Assembly (NCBI GenBank): GCA_951406725.2
Contig: OX597817.1
Span: 119,164,001-119,228,000, forward strand
DNA: 64,000 nucleotides
Direction: 5' to 3'
DNA from: Octopus vulgaris
Taxonomy: Eukaryota
A program made the translations under genes and the position numbers. The notes under the pieces are model-generated. The model was not told where the DNA came from and did no database searches. It worked only from the letters and a program-made list of their open reading frames with translations. Below are positions 11,818 to 25,113 of this stretch, piece after piece (position 1 is the first letter of the stretch; every line of letters starts with the position of its first letter).

Positions 11818-12835
11818 GCATACGTATATATATATATACAAACATAAAAAAAAATGCATTGATGATTGAAACATTTAGCTTTATTAATACTTTCAGTAAT
11901 TCTGGAGTGATACAAACATTACTAAATGCCAACCTTTCTTTATTTGCCTTCCAGTGTGTACTGAGTTCGAATTACACTAAGATGGATTTTATCCTTAGTA
12001 CTAGTATTCAATTTGATAGATCACAACCCTCTCCTATAAATTTGTGGCCTTGTGCTTATGAAACAAATATCAATATACTGAAGGACATTTTTTATACATT
12101 TGATTTAATTTTAATTTTGCATGTTAAGGTCAAAATATGATTTCATTTTCTAGAACAGAAAGACACCACACCTAAAAAAATTTTAAGGAAATTGGTTGAT
12201 TTCTTTAATTTTATTACAGATCCAATTTGAAATTATGTATATTTTCATACTAATTATAACAAGGCAAGATATCCCACACAACCAGCCAAAATCAATCATA
12301 GAGAAAGCAACAAAGCTCATAGAAAAAGAGTTTTTGTTGTCGGGTGTTGTTTAGAATTTAGTTAACCCTGAATGAGCAGATTTATGATGAAATATATTCA
12401 AACCATGACCATCGTATTCTTTCAAATATTTAAGACTACACTGTCTAATGGGTCTTATCTATTTTTAACATGAAAATGTGATTTGGGAGAGATATATTGG
12501 CTATGTCTAGCATGTCAAATGACCACACAGAGAATCTTGTGGTTAAGTTCATTTCACAACCATAAGAGCTTAAGTTTAACTCAACTATATGGAAACTTGA
12601 GGAAACGTCATTTTCAATAGCTATACCTAAGCTATACCTGGTGAGTGAAACTGGAAGCGAAAGAGAAACAACGCCACAGCTGACAAAACAATGATATGTA
12701 CCACCATATCAGCCAATTACATTATCGGAAGCAACACCTGCCTATTGAAATGTATTTGTTTACATGTAACTAGAGAAGGTTTTCCAAAATCTCACCCCAA
12801 AAGACTCTTCAAGTACAGAAGCATGACTATAAAAC

Positions 12836-13253
12836 AGCAAGGAGTGGCTGTGAGGTAAGTAACTTGCTTACAAACCACATGGTTTCGGGTTCAGTCCCAC
12901 TGCGTGGCACCTCAGGTAAGTGTCTTCTACTATAGCTTCGGGCCGACCAAAGCCTTGTGAGTGAATTTGGTAAACGGAAACTGAAAGAAGCCCATCGTAT
13001 ATATGTATATATATATATATATATGTGTGTATGTGCGTGTTTGTGTGTCTGTGTTTGTACCCTCAACATCGCTTGACAACCGATGCTGGTGTGTTTACGT
13101 CCCCGTTACTTAGTGGTTTTGCAAAAAGAGACCGATAGATTAAGTACTAGGCTTACAAAGAATAAGTCCTGGGGGTCGATTTGTTCGACTAAAGCGGGTG
13201 TTCCAGCATGGCAACAGTCACATGACTGAAACAAGTAAAAGAGTAAAGAGTAA
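12836..13253 (+). mobile_element. tRNA-derived SINE family A, full length
   Basis: A box TGGCTGTGAGGT, B box GGGTTCAGTCCC, internal (TA)n(TG)n, tail gactgaaacaagtaaaagagtaaagag; many copies in the window. Confidence 0.85.
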
Positions 13254-13607
13254 AACAAAAAATGGCTGTTTGCTTTTATTGTCTGTGTGTGTGTGTGTGT
13301 GTGTGGCTAGGTCATTGAAAAGTTTGCTTTGCATTCATGTAGTTCTGCATTCAATCCCACTGCATGGAAACTTAGGCAAGTGTCTCCTACAGCAGCTTCA
13401 ATATCATGTATATGTGCAGATTTGTATGCTTTGTTTTATATAAGTCTTCTCATGTATATAATTGCATATCTAGACAAGCTCATATGTGCTTAAATGATAA
13501 ACTTCTGCAAAGTTTTACAGATTTTTACAGTTCCAGTGATGGCTTGAATTTGTCTGTCTGTCTGTCTGTATGTATGTATGTATGTATGTATGTATGTATG
13601 TATGTAT

Positions 13608-13828
13608 ACTCTTACTCTTTTACTTGTTTCAGTCATTTGACTGCGGCCATGCTGGAGCACCGCCTTTATTTGAGCAACTCGACCCCGGCACTTATTCTTT
13701 TGTAAGCCCAGTACTTATTCTATCGGTCTCTTTTGCCGAACCGCTAAGTAACAGGGACATAAACACACCAGCATCGGTTGTCAAGCAATGCTAGGGGGAC
13801 AAACACAGACACACAAACACACACACGC

Positions 13829-13861
<33 letters not shown>

Positions 13862-14025
13862 TACGACAGGCTTCTGTCTGTTTCCGTCTACCAAATCCAC
13901 TCACAAGGCTTTGGTCAGCCCGAGGCTATAGTAGAATCACTTGCCCAAGGTGTCATGCAGTGGGACTGAACCCGGAACCATGTGGTTGGTAAACAAGCTA
14001 CTTAGCAAACAGCCACTCCTGCGCC
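13608..14025 (-). mobile_element. tRNA-derived SINE family A, full length
   Basis: Reverse complement of 12836-13253, beginning ggcgcaggagtggctg. Confidence 0.87.
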
Positions 14026-14530
14026 TATGTATATGAAAAACAGAAAGAGAACCTGTTATTTAAAGGGCCAAGTTTGTCACACTTAACATTGCGATGATTC
14101 TGCCTGAGGACCAAGATAAGGGTAAAGTGTCTGTGCTACAAGCCATTTACTATTTACTTTATAATTCAATGAGTAAGCAGTTCTGTAGATTGAACAAAGA
14201 GAATATTCATCAGCAAAACTGCCAGAGGTTGCATTTTTTTTATTGTATACACGAAGACTATGTCTTAAAAGACGAATATAACTCATTATCGACACTACTC
14301 TTCCAAGTTTGAATTGGAGTTTTTTGAAAGTGATTTAATCTCTACATTATTTGTAATGACAACTACTTTTAATTCAATTTTAAAAGAGTGAACAGACAGA
14401 AATATTGCTTTTAAATTTGTATTTTCACTAAAAGATTCTTCTAAATCAAACAAAGATAGATGATTTAATAAAGGCTGGATATTCTTTGACCTATTATTAT
14501 GTCCAAAATACACACAATCACAGGTAATGG

Positions 14531-14571
<41 letters not shown>

Positions 14572-14896
14572 ATATATGTAAATATATACATACATAGAGA
14601 GTGAGAGAGAGAGAGAAATTGATATAGGCACAGGCATTCAGAAATTTACTACCAACTACATGGTCTCATGTTCAGTCCCACTGTGTGGCACATGAGCCAT
14701 GTGTCTTTCACTTCAACCCCAGGTTGAGCAAAGACTCATCAGTGGATTTAGTAGATGGGAACTGAAAGAACCTCAGTGAGTGTGTGTGTGTGTATATATA
14801 TATATACATCTACAAATACATATAAATATACATATAAATATAAATGTATAAATATATATATGTATGTATATATATATATAAATATATATATATAGA

Positions 14897-15300
14897 GGCA
14901 TAGGAGTGACTGTGTGGTAAGTAGCTTGCTTACCAACCACATGGTTCTGGGTTCAGTCTCACTGCATAGCACCTTGAGCAAGTGTCTTCCACTATAGCCT
15001 TGGGCTGACCAAAGCCCTGTCAGTGGATTTGGTAGATGGAAACTGAAAGAAGCCCATCGTATATATGTATATATATATGTGTGTGAGTGTGTGTATGTTT
15101 GTGCGTTTGTGTTTGTCCCCCACCAACATCACTTGACAACCGATGCTGGTGTGTTTACATCCCTGTAACTTAGCGGTTCAGCAAAAGAGACCAATAGAAT
15201 AAGTACTAGGCTTACAAAGAATAAGTCCTGGGGTCGATTTGCTCGACTAAAGGCAGTGCTAACATGGCTACAGTCAAATGACTGAAACAAGTGAGTAAAG
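14897..15300 (+). mobile_element. tRNA-derived SINE family A, full length (partial copy also at 14626-14790)
   Basis: Same head, body and tail; tail re-duplicated at about 15336-15362. Confidence 0.85.
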
Positions 15301-16112
15301 AGATAAATACATACATACATACATATATATAATATGACTGAAAATAGTAAAAGAGTAAAAGAGATACATACATAATATATATATACATATATATATACAT
15401 ATATATACATATATATATATACAATATATATATATACATACATATATATATACATACATATATATGTATGTATGTATATATATATGTACACATGTAAATT
15501 TTGAATGATGAAAATGAATACTCAATACTACATTGGTAGATATAATTTCTTTAGATCTGAATTAAGGCTACCATAGATTTCATGTCAAGAAAAGTAGCAA
15601 AATATCCTAGTGTGTTAACAAATTTTCAAGCCAATCACATGGAGAAAGATGTTAGTCTCCGTATTGGAAAACACAGCCTTATAATATACATATATAAATA
15701 AACATGCAAAAAAATATGTGTACATATATATATATGTATATATATATGAGTCAAATGTAGCACTCAATTCCTGTTTAAGGGTTGATATGTATGACTTCCC
15801 AATTGGGAGATACTTTTGACTCCTAAGTTCTGTTTTATGGTCATCAGTTTGTTGTTAGTTTGTCATTTATTTTGTGCTAGTAGAAATAAATAAATAACAT
15901 ATGTTTTCAAATTAATTCATCTATTCAGTTGACTTATCCTGACTATATACACATACACACACACACGCACACACACACATGCATGCACATCAGATTTGTT
16001 TTGGAACCAAAGATGCCTTTAGTGACACATTTGTGTAACTTTGGCATGTTCAAACCTTGAGGTGTCCATTCCTTTCCAGATCTTATTTCTCAGAGAGAGA
16101 GTGAGAGAGATG

Positions 16113-16147
<35 letters not shown>

Positions 16148-17084
16148 TGTGTGTGTGTGTGTGTGAGTGAGCATGCATGTGTGTGTCAGTGGAGCCCAGT
16201 ACTGAACTGTTAATTTGGTTGACTAGAAAATGATGGAATTCAAAATTGACCTTGGCAGGATTTGAACTTACAGTGCAAAGCATTGGAATGGATACCATGA
16301 GGCAATTGTTGCCTAAGACACCTACACACATGTATATATATATTCACATACTATTGCCTTGAAGTATATGTATGTGTATATACTTCTGCTGTCTAATGCA
16401 TGTGAGTGAGAGGGTTTATGCACGTGCATAAAGACAGACATAAATTTTCAGTGTATGCAAATTATGGGAAGGAGGGGGGAAGAAAGAAAGAGAAAGAGGT
16501 CATAACATTGGCTTTGAATTCAAGATAGAAGAGGTATTTGTATTGTAATTAGCATCATATATCAGTTTGAATGACTGACATGTTTTCATGTTGTCTTGGA
16601 ATCTTGGTGCCACTCCAAACAAATTAATAGCTCAGCATATTATTTTGTATGTGTTTGGTGAAAGCCGATTTAGGCTGATTTGAATTTCTACTTTAGGAAA
16701 ATGAAGATATGATTTTAAATTACAAGCTGCTTTAGTGGTAGCAAAGACAGTACCTGCTGCCATATTCTGGCAAAAATAATGCCTTTCTTTTGTTGAAGTG
16801 TCAGCTTGAAAATGGCAGAATGTTGAAGAAGGATTCATTACAAGTAATGTCTCTTAAGAAGCACTCCTTTATACAACTCTATTAAAACTTGTCTATTCTT
16901 TAATCTATAGAACAATAATACAATTCTCAAAGGGTAAAGAAATAATTAATTAGATTCTAGCAGAGAATTTTCGAAAAATCATTATTCAAGTTTCAAGGCA
17001 TTTATGTCAGAGAATGGCTTCTTTAAAACAGTTGTTGATTGAGTCTGAAGTATCAGATCGAAGGTATGTGCATGTGTGCACATG

Positions 17085-17132
<48 letters not shown>

Positions 17133-17267
17133 CACACACACAAATTGTTGTAAAAATATATCTGAATGTTCAATATATTCTGAATAAATCTTTCTACATA
17201 TTGGAATAAAAATTTTGAAATAATAATAACAACAACAACAACAACAGTAGTAGTAGCAGCAGTAGCC

Positions 17268-17318
<51 letters not shown>

Positions 17319-17749
17319 AGAAGAAGAATAAAGAAGGGGGACAAAGAGAAAAGAAGTGTTATACAAAGAATGTAAAGCTGATGACAAATAAGAATAGAAA
17401 TGTAGTAGTGGTAGTAGTAGTAGTTGTTGTTGTAGTTCCTTAGAGAAGTTAGTAAATACTACCATTTCCCAACAGATAGTTACTTTAATTTTTGTCAATT
17501 CTTGTGCAAACAAAACTCTATTGAATATTGCTTCCTGCTTCAACCAAAAGAAATATGTATCATGTTGGAAAAATATCCTAGCATTCTTAAGCGACCATCA
17601 AACACATACACGTTATACAGACGTATTTATAGGTATATACACTCACTCATAGATTTCTTTTCTCTTCTCAAACCTTTGTTCTGGCTCACGTGGAGAAAAT
17701 AGAAGAAAACATATCAGTTACCTGTTACAAAAGAGACACTAAAAAGATA

Positions 17750-17960
17750 TAACATCTCATATGACCCATGAATCTTTGTCCAGCATCTTTCAATATTGAT
17801 GTTGAAAGAAATAATTCCGGACAGTCAGGTTATAAAGCAAATTTCTTTTCTGAAGACCTCCTCAAATATTGATAGATCAATCCTTACTGCCAGCATGCTG
17901 ATAACTATACAAGATCTTCCTTGATAAGGAAGGAAGTGTCTGTTAAAGATATTTTCATGA
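17750..17960 (+). mobile_element. Possible DNA transposase scrap (hAT-like)
   Basis: LKEIIPDSQVIKQISFLKT resembles the FPDS.IAK...RTK motif. Confidence 0.35.
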
Positions 17961-19283
17961 AAAGCATCGAAAAAAGAAATAAAAATGTAGATATTTACTA
18001 AAAATAAAAAATAAAAATTATATTACTAGACTTAAGACTGTCATCTAAAAATGTACCACACTTAGTTGTCTGTAACTTTATACAAAACTGTCAAGAATTT
18101 TTAAGAGTATTAAGAACTACTTTATATTTTTACATTCTAATATACAACAATAATGTAAAAGAACACACACACACACGCACACACATACAAGGCAGTACAG
18201 TCATATTTTATTTAATGTGCTATATTGGATTTTCTTCCAATGATTTTTCTCTCCACTAGTGACTTATATTGCAGCATCCAAACATTTATAATTATTTGTA
18301 ATATTGGTTGAGAACCATTTATGAATTGCACTCAATTAATATGAATTAAGACATATGCACTCTGTGAATTCATGTGTGTCTTATTGTCTATACACACAGT
18401 TTATTCCTTGACTGACTGTAATTGAAATTTATTTCATTACAGAGTGCCAGGAATCACTGCATCTCGTTGGCTTTGGTAGGTCCTCATTTTCATAACATCA
18501 ATGTAACTAAGAGGAATACCTAAAATACAACATCTCATTTGGTCTGGTATTCAACACATCAACAGTATTCAGCAAAGCTGACTGCTCATTGCAGTGATAG
18601 CAGAAATGTCTGACATATGTCCATAAACCCCCTATTTGGACTTTTGATCACACCATAAGATGTTTTGATTACTGGATAACTCTTCAGTCTGTATCTTGTG
18701 CCAAGGTCTATGGTTAGAAAACTGTAGATATTGATAACAATAGACTTAACTTCTAAACCGACACTAATCTCAAGTCTGATCAGGCCCAAAGGAGTAGCAC
18801 CTGCAAAAGTTGCAGAGAAAAACTACCTGTATCTTTCCTCTAACATAGTGTTCAAGAATTGACAGTAACCAGCAGCAAGTTTAATATTGACTACTGCCTT
18901 GCAGGCAGAGTCTGTAAGTCTTTGAGATAACATCCAAATCAAAATGCTGCTATTGCTTTACAGATTAGGTTATGGACCTCAAATGCTAAGAAACCAGCCT
19001 TAACAGAAAATGGCTTCTGAAGGAATTGTAGTCTCAGTCAACTACTAGTAAACTGACAAGATGAATTTTTATGCATGCAAGCATATGCATATATATATAT
19101 ATATATATATATGAACACACACATACACACATCAAATTAAATTATACAGCTGTTTGCAATGTTTTACTAAAAAGAAAAACTATAATTGTCACTAAATGTG
19201 ACTAGGTGTTAGAAACACCTACATTGCTAGAAATAAGAGCTAAAATGATCTAATGCTGTAGTCAGAGCACATAATAGTATACA

Positions 19284-19513
19284 CTAGCAGCATAGCCCAG
19301 CGTTGCCCGGGTATGTAAGAACCCCTAGTAGGCAACGACTTGCGGCTGCAGCTGCGATTAGCAGAAGTATGCTAAGGTTATATTGTCTGAATTATGACAT
19401 TGGGCTATGTGTGTGTCAAGTTTCATCAGAATCAGTTGAAAGCCGTGGTCAGGGTGAGGGTACAACCTGACAGACACACAGACAGACAAACTGCCGTTTA
19501 TATATAGAGAAGA
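19284..19513 (-). mobile_element. Non-autonomous Helitron (230 bp)
   Basis: Minus strand begins TC and ends CTAG, inserted in an A|T dinucleotide with no TSD. Subterminal GC-rich hairpin CCCGGGCAACGCTGGG and internal (GTCT)n. Confidence 0.8.
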
Positions 19514-19532
19514 TATATACAGACATTTGAGA

Positions 19533-19592
19533 ATTCTTTATACTGAATTCAGTTTTGGCAATTTAGTTTCTGTTGCCTCATCAGTAATGAAT
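19533..19592 (-). ncRNA. Hammerhead motif with G12-to-A change (probable inactive fossil)
   Basis: AUUCAUUA-CUGAUGA-GGCAA...UUGCC-AAAA-CUGAAUUCAG-UA/UAAAGAAU. Stem I 7 of 8 bp, stem II 5 bp, 12-nt palindrome ACUGAAUUCAGU as stem III. GAAA reads AAAA, consistent with CpG decay of CC-GAAA. Confidence 0.68.
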
Positions 19593-22444
19593 GAACTCAA
19601 CTTCAGCAGATTTCAGACTTACTTAATCTGTCTGTATATGTGTTTTCATCATAGATGAATTAGTGAATCGCTAATGTGTATACATAAAATTTAAGCTCTT
19701 ATTTCTAGCAATGTAGGAATTACTAACACCCTAGTCACATTTAGTAGCAATTACACACACACACACAATATCCTTATTCACTCACACAAAACGATAGATA
19801 TAAACACTTAACTACATATATATTTTTATATAATTTATATATAGTGGTTCTCTCAAGCATTTATTGTTTCCATTGAATTGCCAACCACACTTCAAGGTGT
19901 ACTGGGTGCATTTTATCATGGTACCAGTAATAGAGTTTATGTTGTACCGTATATGTGAGTATGTGTATTTACATAACATTTATATGTTCTTGATATAATA
20001 GGTTCAATATATATTAATAGTTTGTGCACCTGAATTTGCATAGCTTTTAAAGCTTTGATGAGAAAATCTCTTTGGGAAAATGCAAGTGAAATATATCTAC
20101 TACATTTATTAAGCAAAGAAAGGATGGTTCTCAAAAAATTAACACGATCCCATGTGTAACATTAAGACCAACAAAAGTGAAGGGAAGGTTCATTATTTTC
20201 AAATACCTAAATATTAAACAAAAATGTAGTTTTTGCAATGCATGTAATTTGATCATTTTCAATAAGCTGAGTAATATATATAAAGAAAAAAAGATGAGTA
20301 TATATAAGTGTTTTACTGGGAGAATCTAAACACAATGAAATAAAACTCAGAAACAACCTAGAAAAGATGAAAGATAAAGTTGAAAACTGATAAATTTAGA
20401 ATTCAAAACAGTTAAGTTGCTGCTTGTAATTTTTTTAGCTTTGCAACTAGCACCCAATTCGGAAATATAAATATATAAAATTCAAAGCTTGCATGAAATC
20501 TATTGTTATCTAAATGCAGGGTAACAGCGATATCATAGGAAAGAAATTCCCTGGGGTATGCTCTTATTTGCAATACCAGCATCAGGTTGTCATTGTGGAC
20601 ATCTAAAAATTTAACCAATTAGAAAGTATCTAGTAATTGCAATCAAATGATTCTGAGAAAACAATATAAATAACCTGAACAGAACTAAGTACACTGAATG
20701 TTAAAATCGCTTTAGGCATATCTTTTAATTAGCAACAACATTAATACTGTGGAAAAATATTCATTATACAGAGATGTATTCCTGAATCCTGATTCTAAGA
20801 TATATACATACAAACACACTCATATAGGTATGCATGTGTTTGTGTATACTACTGTATATGTATATGTGCATGCCTATGTATGTATGTATGTATGTATGTA
20901 TGTATGTATGTATGTATGTATGTATGTATGTATGTGTATGTATGTATGCATGTATGTACATATGTATTAATTCTCATTATGATTCAGCAGTGATTTATTT
21001 ATTATACATTTATTCCATCAGCTGGTTAAGTTTACTTAAAAATATCTATAATTTGGGAGATATAATGTGAATTTATCTAACATCACATAAAGGATGTTTA
21101 TATTGCTACATACACACACACACACTCATATATGATCACATTCACACACTCACACATGCATCTTTCTCTCGCTTTATGTAGACAGACAGATATAGTGAGA
21201 AAGAGAGTGAGAAACAGAAAGAGAGAGAAATAAATTTACATACATATGCTTGTATAAATACACTAACACAAATACATATACTCATATGCTGAAGTAAGAT
21301 ATACATCAAAATACCGAAATGAAGTGCAGAAAGAAATGATACACTTGTGTATTATTATTATTATTATTATTATTTATTATTACCTTCCAACCCACAGCCA
21401 AACCTCTTCTAACGCCTCTTAATATCAACAAGATGAAATCAATACAAAACAGCTAATGAAATATGAAGCACATCTGACTAATTTATCTTCTGATAATATC
21501 TTATCTGCTTTGCAAGAAACTCAACAGAACAATGCGACTATACTACAAATTAAGAGAAAAAAAAAAAGAAAACTACAACAGAAATGATATGAGAAATGCA
21601 AAAAAATTTTAAAAAACCAAGTAAACAAAAAATAAATAAGAAAATTTTTAAAAAATGAATAAAATTGAAAATATAGACAAATAAATATAAGAATAAATAA
21701 ATTATACAACACAATGTATGAATAAACGAAGAATTAAGAAAGAAAAAAAGTTGTAAATATAAGTGGCAGAGAAAAAAATAATGAAATAAAATAAATAATA
21801 ATAATAAACAACAAAAACGTGAAAAATCAAGAGAAATGAATCCTTTAAAGACTGCAAAGATGGTATTACAGAATTATTAGCCAGACTTAGAGCTGATCAT
21901 TTAAAAATTAGTAAATGATCAAAGAGTGAATGGGTGTATGATAAAGAAAAGTAGCATAGTTGTAGTAATCTATAAAAATGTGTCTGATAGACCTGTTATG
22001 TATTTCGCACACTACTGGTCACTGCACTTAGTTATTTCTGTGAAAGCAGTACAAAGCTTAACAGAGATGTCTTTTAGGATATCATGCATAGTACATAAGT
22101 GTGTAATTATAACTCCACAGATATGTGTTGTGTGGGTGTGTGTCTGTGTGCGTATCTGTTTGCAAATGGGTGAGAAAAAAATGATTAGGAAGTAAGAGAA
22201 AGAGAGAACATGGTTAAACATTGTACAAGTATTGGACATCAAGAATCCTGTCAGCCACTATAGATTTTTGATTTTCATGTGTTTTTGCACAGTGAATACA
22301 CACAATCACATGGAAATAAGGTTGATCAGTGATTAGCAGAATTGATCTGTAGTAATTTGTTCAACTGACAAAAATTCCGCAATTTTTATAAATACATCAC
22401 AAAAATAATGAATCAGTAAAAATGGTTGGTTGGTTGTTGTTACA

Positions 22445-22491
<47 letters not shown>

Positions 22492-22601
22492 CATCATCAT
22501 CATCATCAAGGCAGAATTGTCAGCATACTGCACAAAATACTTTGCGGCATTTCATCTGGCTGCATGATCTGAGTTCAAATTCTGCCAAGATTAACTTTGC
22601 C

Positions 22602-23490
22602 TGTAGCAAACAAGCTGATGTAGACCAGAAGCACACTCATCAGTAGCTATGGAGCTCAGGGCTAAACGAAGATAGTGAAGGCTTTATCCTGGCTGCTCAA
22701 GATCAGAGCTTAGTGATCCAGAACTATCAAGCTAATGTGATGAAAAATGATGTAGACTCAAAGTGCCAGTACTACAATGTTGGGAAACAGCAGACTACCT
22801 AATCTCTGGATGTAAGGTTTTAGCACTTGTGGAGTATAAATCAAGACATGACAGAGTTCGCCAATATCTACATTGGATAATGAGTCAGCATTATAAAATC
22901 AAAACTGCTGACAAATGGTACAAGCACCACCCTGAGGCTGTCACTGATGGAGAAAATGTACAGACCAGATCATCAAAGCAAATAAATCGGACACTGTTGT
23001 GAAAGACCAAAACTACAAAGTCTGTTTATTGATTGACATGTGCATACCCCGTGGCCATAATATCTTGGCAAAAGAATTTGATAAGCACATTGAAATTTAA
23101 AAGATGTGACATATCAAGACAATTACAATACCAGTACTGTAGGAGCACTTGGAATGATCAAAAAAAGAACTGAAAATAATTTAAGAATCCAGGCTTACCA
23201 TCCATGCAGGAAGAGGAAAAGATTCTCTTAACAGGTATGTTACACATACTGAGAAGAGCATTGCCACTGTGAATTTTCTTTCCTTTTTCCCATTTATTTT
23301 CTTTGTTTACTTTTTTATTTTTTATTTTTCCTTTTCCCGCTTTGTCTTTCTTCCCCTTTTTCTCTATCACATGACTTTGTAAATGAACAATCCAGTGTCT
23401 ATCTAAATGGCCTACCAACGTATACAGTGTGTTTCTCTGCCCTAGGTGTCAGGAAGACACTCAGCAAGAAATAGAAACAGAATTGAAAGA
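22602..23490 (+). mobile_element. 5'-truncated R4/Dong-clade LINE (zinc knuckle plus restriction-like endonuclease), pseudogenised
   Basis: EGFILAAQDQSL, LISGCKVLALVEYKSRHDRV.QYLHW, WYKHHPEAV, CLLIDM.IP, TIPVL.GALG, HILRRAL; ends in a (TAA)n tract. Confidence 0.85.
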
Positions 23491-23498
23491 TGATAATG

Positions 23499-23541
<43 letters not shown>

Positions 23542-23559
23542 TGATGATGATGATGATGA

Positions 23560-23833
23560 TAGGTTGTGAGTTCAATTCTTGGTGACATGTTGTGTCCTGG
23601 AGCAAGACACTTTATTTCATGTTGCTCCAGTTCATTTAGCTGGCAAAAACGAATAGTACCTGTATTCCAAAAGACCCACCTTATCACACTCTGTATCATG
23701 CTAAATCTGAGAACTACGTTAAGGGTACATGTGTCTGTGGAGTGCTCAGCCACATGCATGTTAATTTCATGAGCAAGCTGTTCCATTGATCGGATCAACT
23801 GGAACTCTCATCGTCATAACCAATGGAGTGCCA
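23560..23833 (+). mobile_element. SINE related to family C (shared central domain, different 3' part)
   Basis: aggttgtgagttcaatt...gagcaagacactttatttcatgttgctccagt. Confidence 0.65.
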
Positions 23834-23836
23834 GAA

Positions 23837-23894
<58 letters not shown>

Positions 23895-24723
23895 TATTAT
23901 TATTATTATTATTATTTCTTTTGATCCAGAAGTTGCCAAGCTGCTAATTAAGTTCCTTTATAATCTATCTCTAAATAATCTAAAATATGTACGTTAGAAA
24001 AGTTATATGAATATACCATAAAAATATTTCACAAAATAGAGATGTTAGCATAAGAGATCATAAATTATCATGTTATATTCTAGTCAAACTAGTCAAGCTG
24101 AGAATTGAAGTGTAATGCAGAAAAATAGATCTGTAAGCTAAAACCAAAGTTTTGGGCTTGGCTTGAAAGCATTACACAGCAGTAATCAAAATCTAAAATA
24201 GTATTTTGTAGGATGGTGGTATATTTGATCATCTTTCAAATAATCAAACATATATGTTGGAACAGAGGAATAAGTCTGCTACAGTGCTGATTATAATGAA
24301 AAGCTTCATAGTATGAGACAGTTATCAAAGTTATGGTAGTAGCTGTGGCAGTTTTGTTCCAATCATGCCACCAAAAAATGCATGGTGTGCAAATTAGTCT
24401 AGCCATTACAGTTAAGTTCTAGTTTGTGTTTGATTTCAGTAGCTATTTGGTATATTTGCTATATGTTCTTTTGTGAGTGAACAAATGAGGGGTTATTTGT
24501 TCTCAGACAAGGGTTCAATGAACCATGGAACATGTTTCCTTTATTTTTTTTGTGTAAGAAGGGAATGAAGAAAATGAAGTGTTCTCATATGTTAACAGTT
24601 CCCCATTTAAAGGTTTAAAAACTATAGTTTAACTGCTTTGAATTTATCTTTTGTTTTTTTAATACACAATGTGTTATGACAAAATATTTATAAATTATAT
24701 ATATGCAGATAGATAATGTACAC

Positions 24724-24933
24724 ACATACATACATACATACATAGAGAGAGTTTACGAAAAAAACAAAAGACGAAGACAAGTGGTGTACAAAACAAACAG
24801 ATGTATTAGTATAACGCTCAGGAAAAGAAAAAGTCTTTTACGTTTCAAGCCTACGCTCTTCTACAGAAAGGGATACAGAAAAAGCAAGGAGAGAAAAAAA
24901 TGTGTGTAGTGGCTAACGATCTATCATGGCGAC
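24724..24933 (-). mobile_element. Solo Penelope-like pseudo-LTR, family 2
   Basis: Aligns with 49995-50162 and 10012-10103 (tttac/taaaaaacaaaagac...gtgtattagt...aaagtct). Contains a hammerhead-like motif; flanked by (TACA)n and (TA)n. Confidence 0.6.
24835..24870 (-). ncRNA. Minimal hammerhead-like motif with CUGU core variant
   Basis: CUUU-CUGUAGA-A-GAGC-GUAG-GCUU-GAAA-CG-UA/AAAG. Stem I 4 bp, stem II 4 bp, palindrome ACGU. A6 is replaced by U. Confidence 0.6.
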
Positions 24934-24979
24934 TATATGTATATATACATATATATATATATACATATAAGTGTGTGTG

Positions 24980-25013
<34 letters not shown>

Positions 25014-25019
25014 GTGTAA

Positions 25020-25059
<40 letters not shown>

Positions 25060-25067
25060 GTGTGTGA

Positions 25068-25113
<46 letters not shown>

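Larger units (their letters stand above)
19183..19752. repeat. Imperfect inverted repeat, ~60 bp arms
   Basis: actaaatgtgactaggtgttag...cctacattgctagaaataagagct versus agctcttatttctagcaatgtagg...ctaacaccctagtcacatttagt. Confidence 0.88.

Noticed and set aside
21382-21545. Minus-strand segment with acceptor and donor signals
   Set aside because: Stops in all three frames from the strong acceptor; the shorter version has no homology support.
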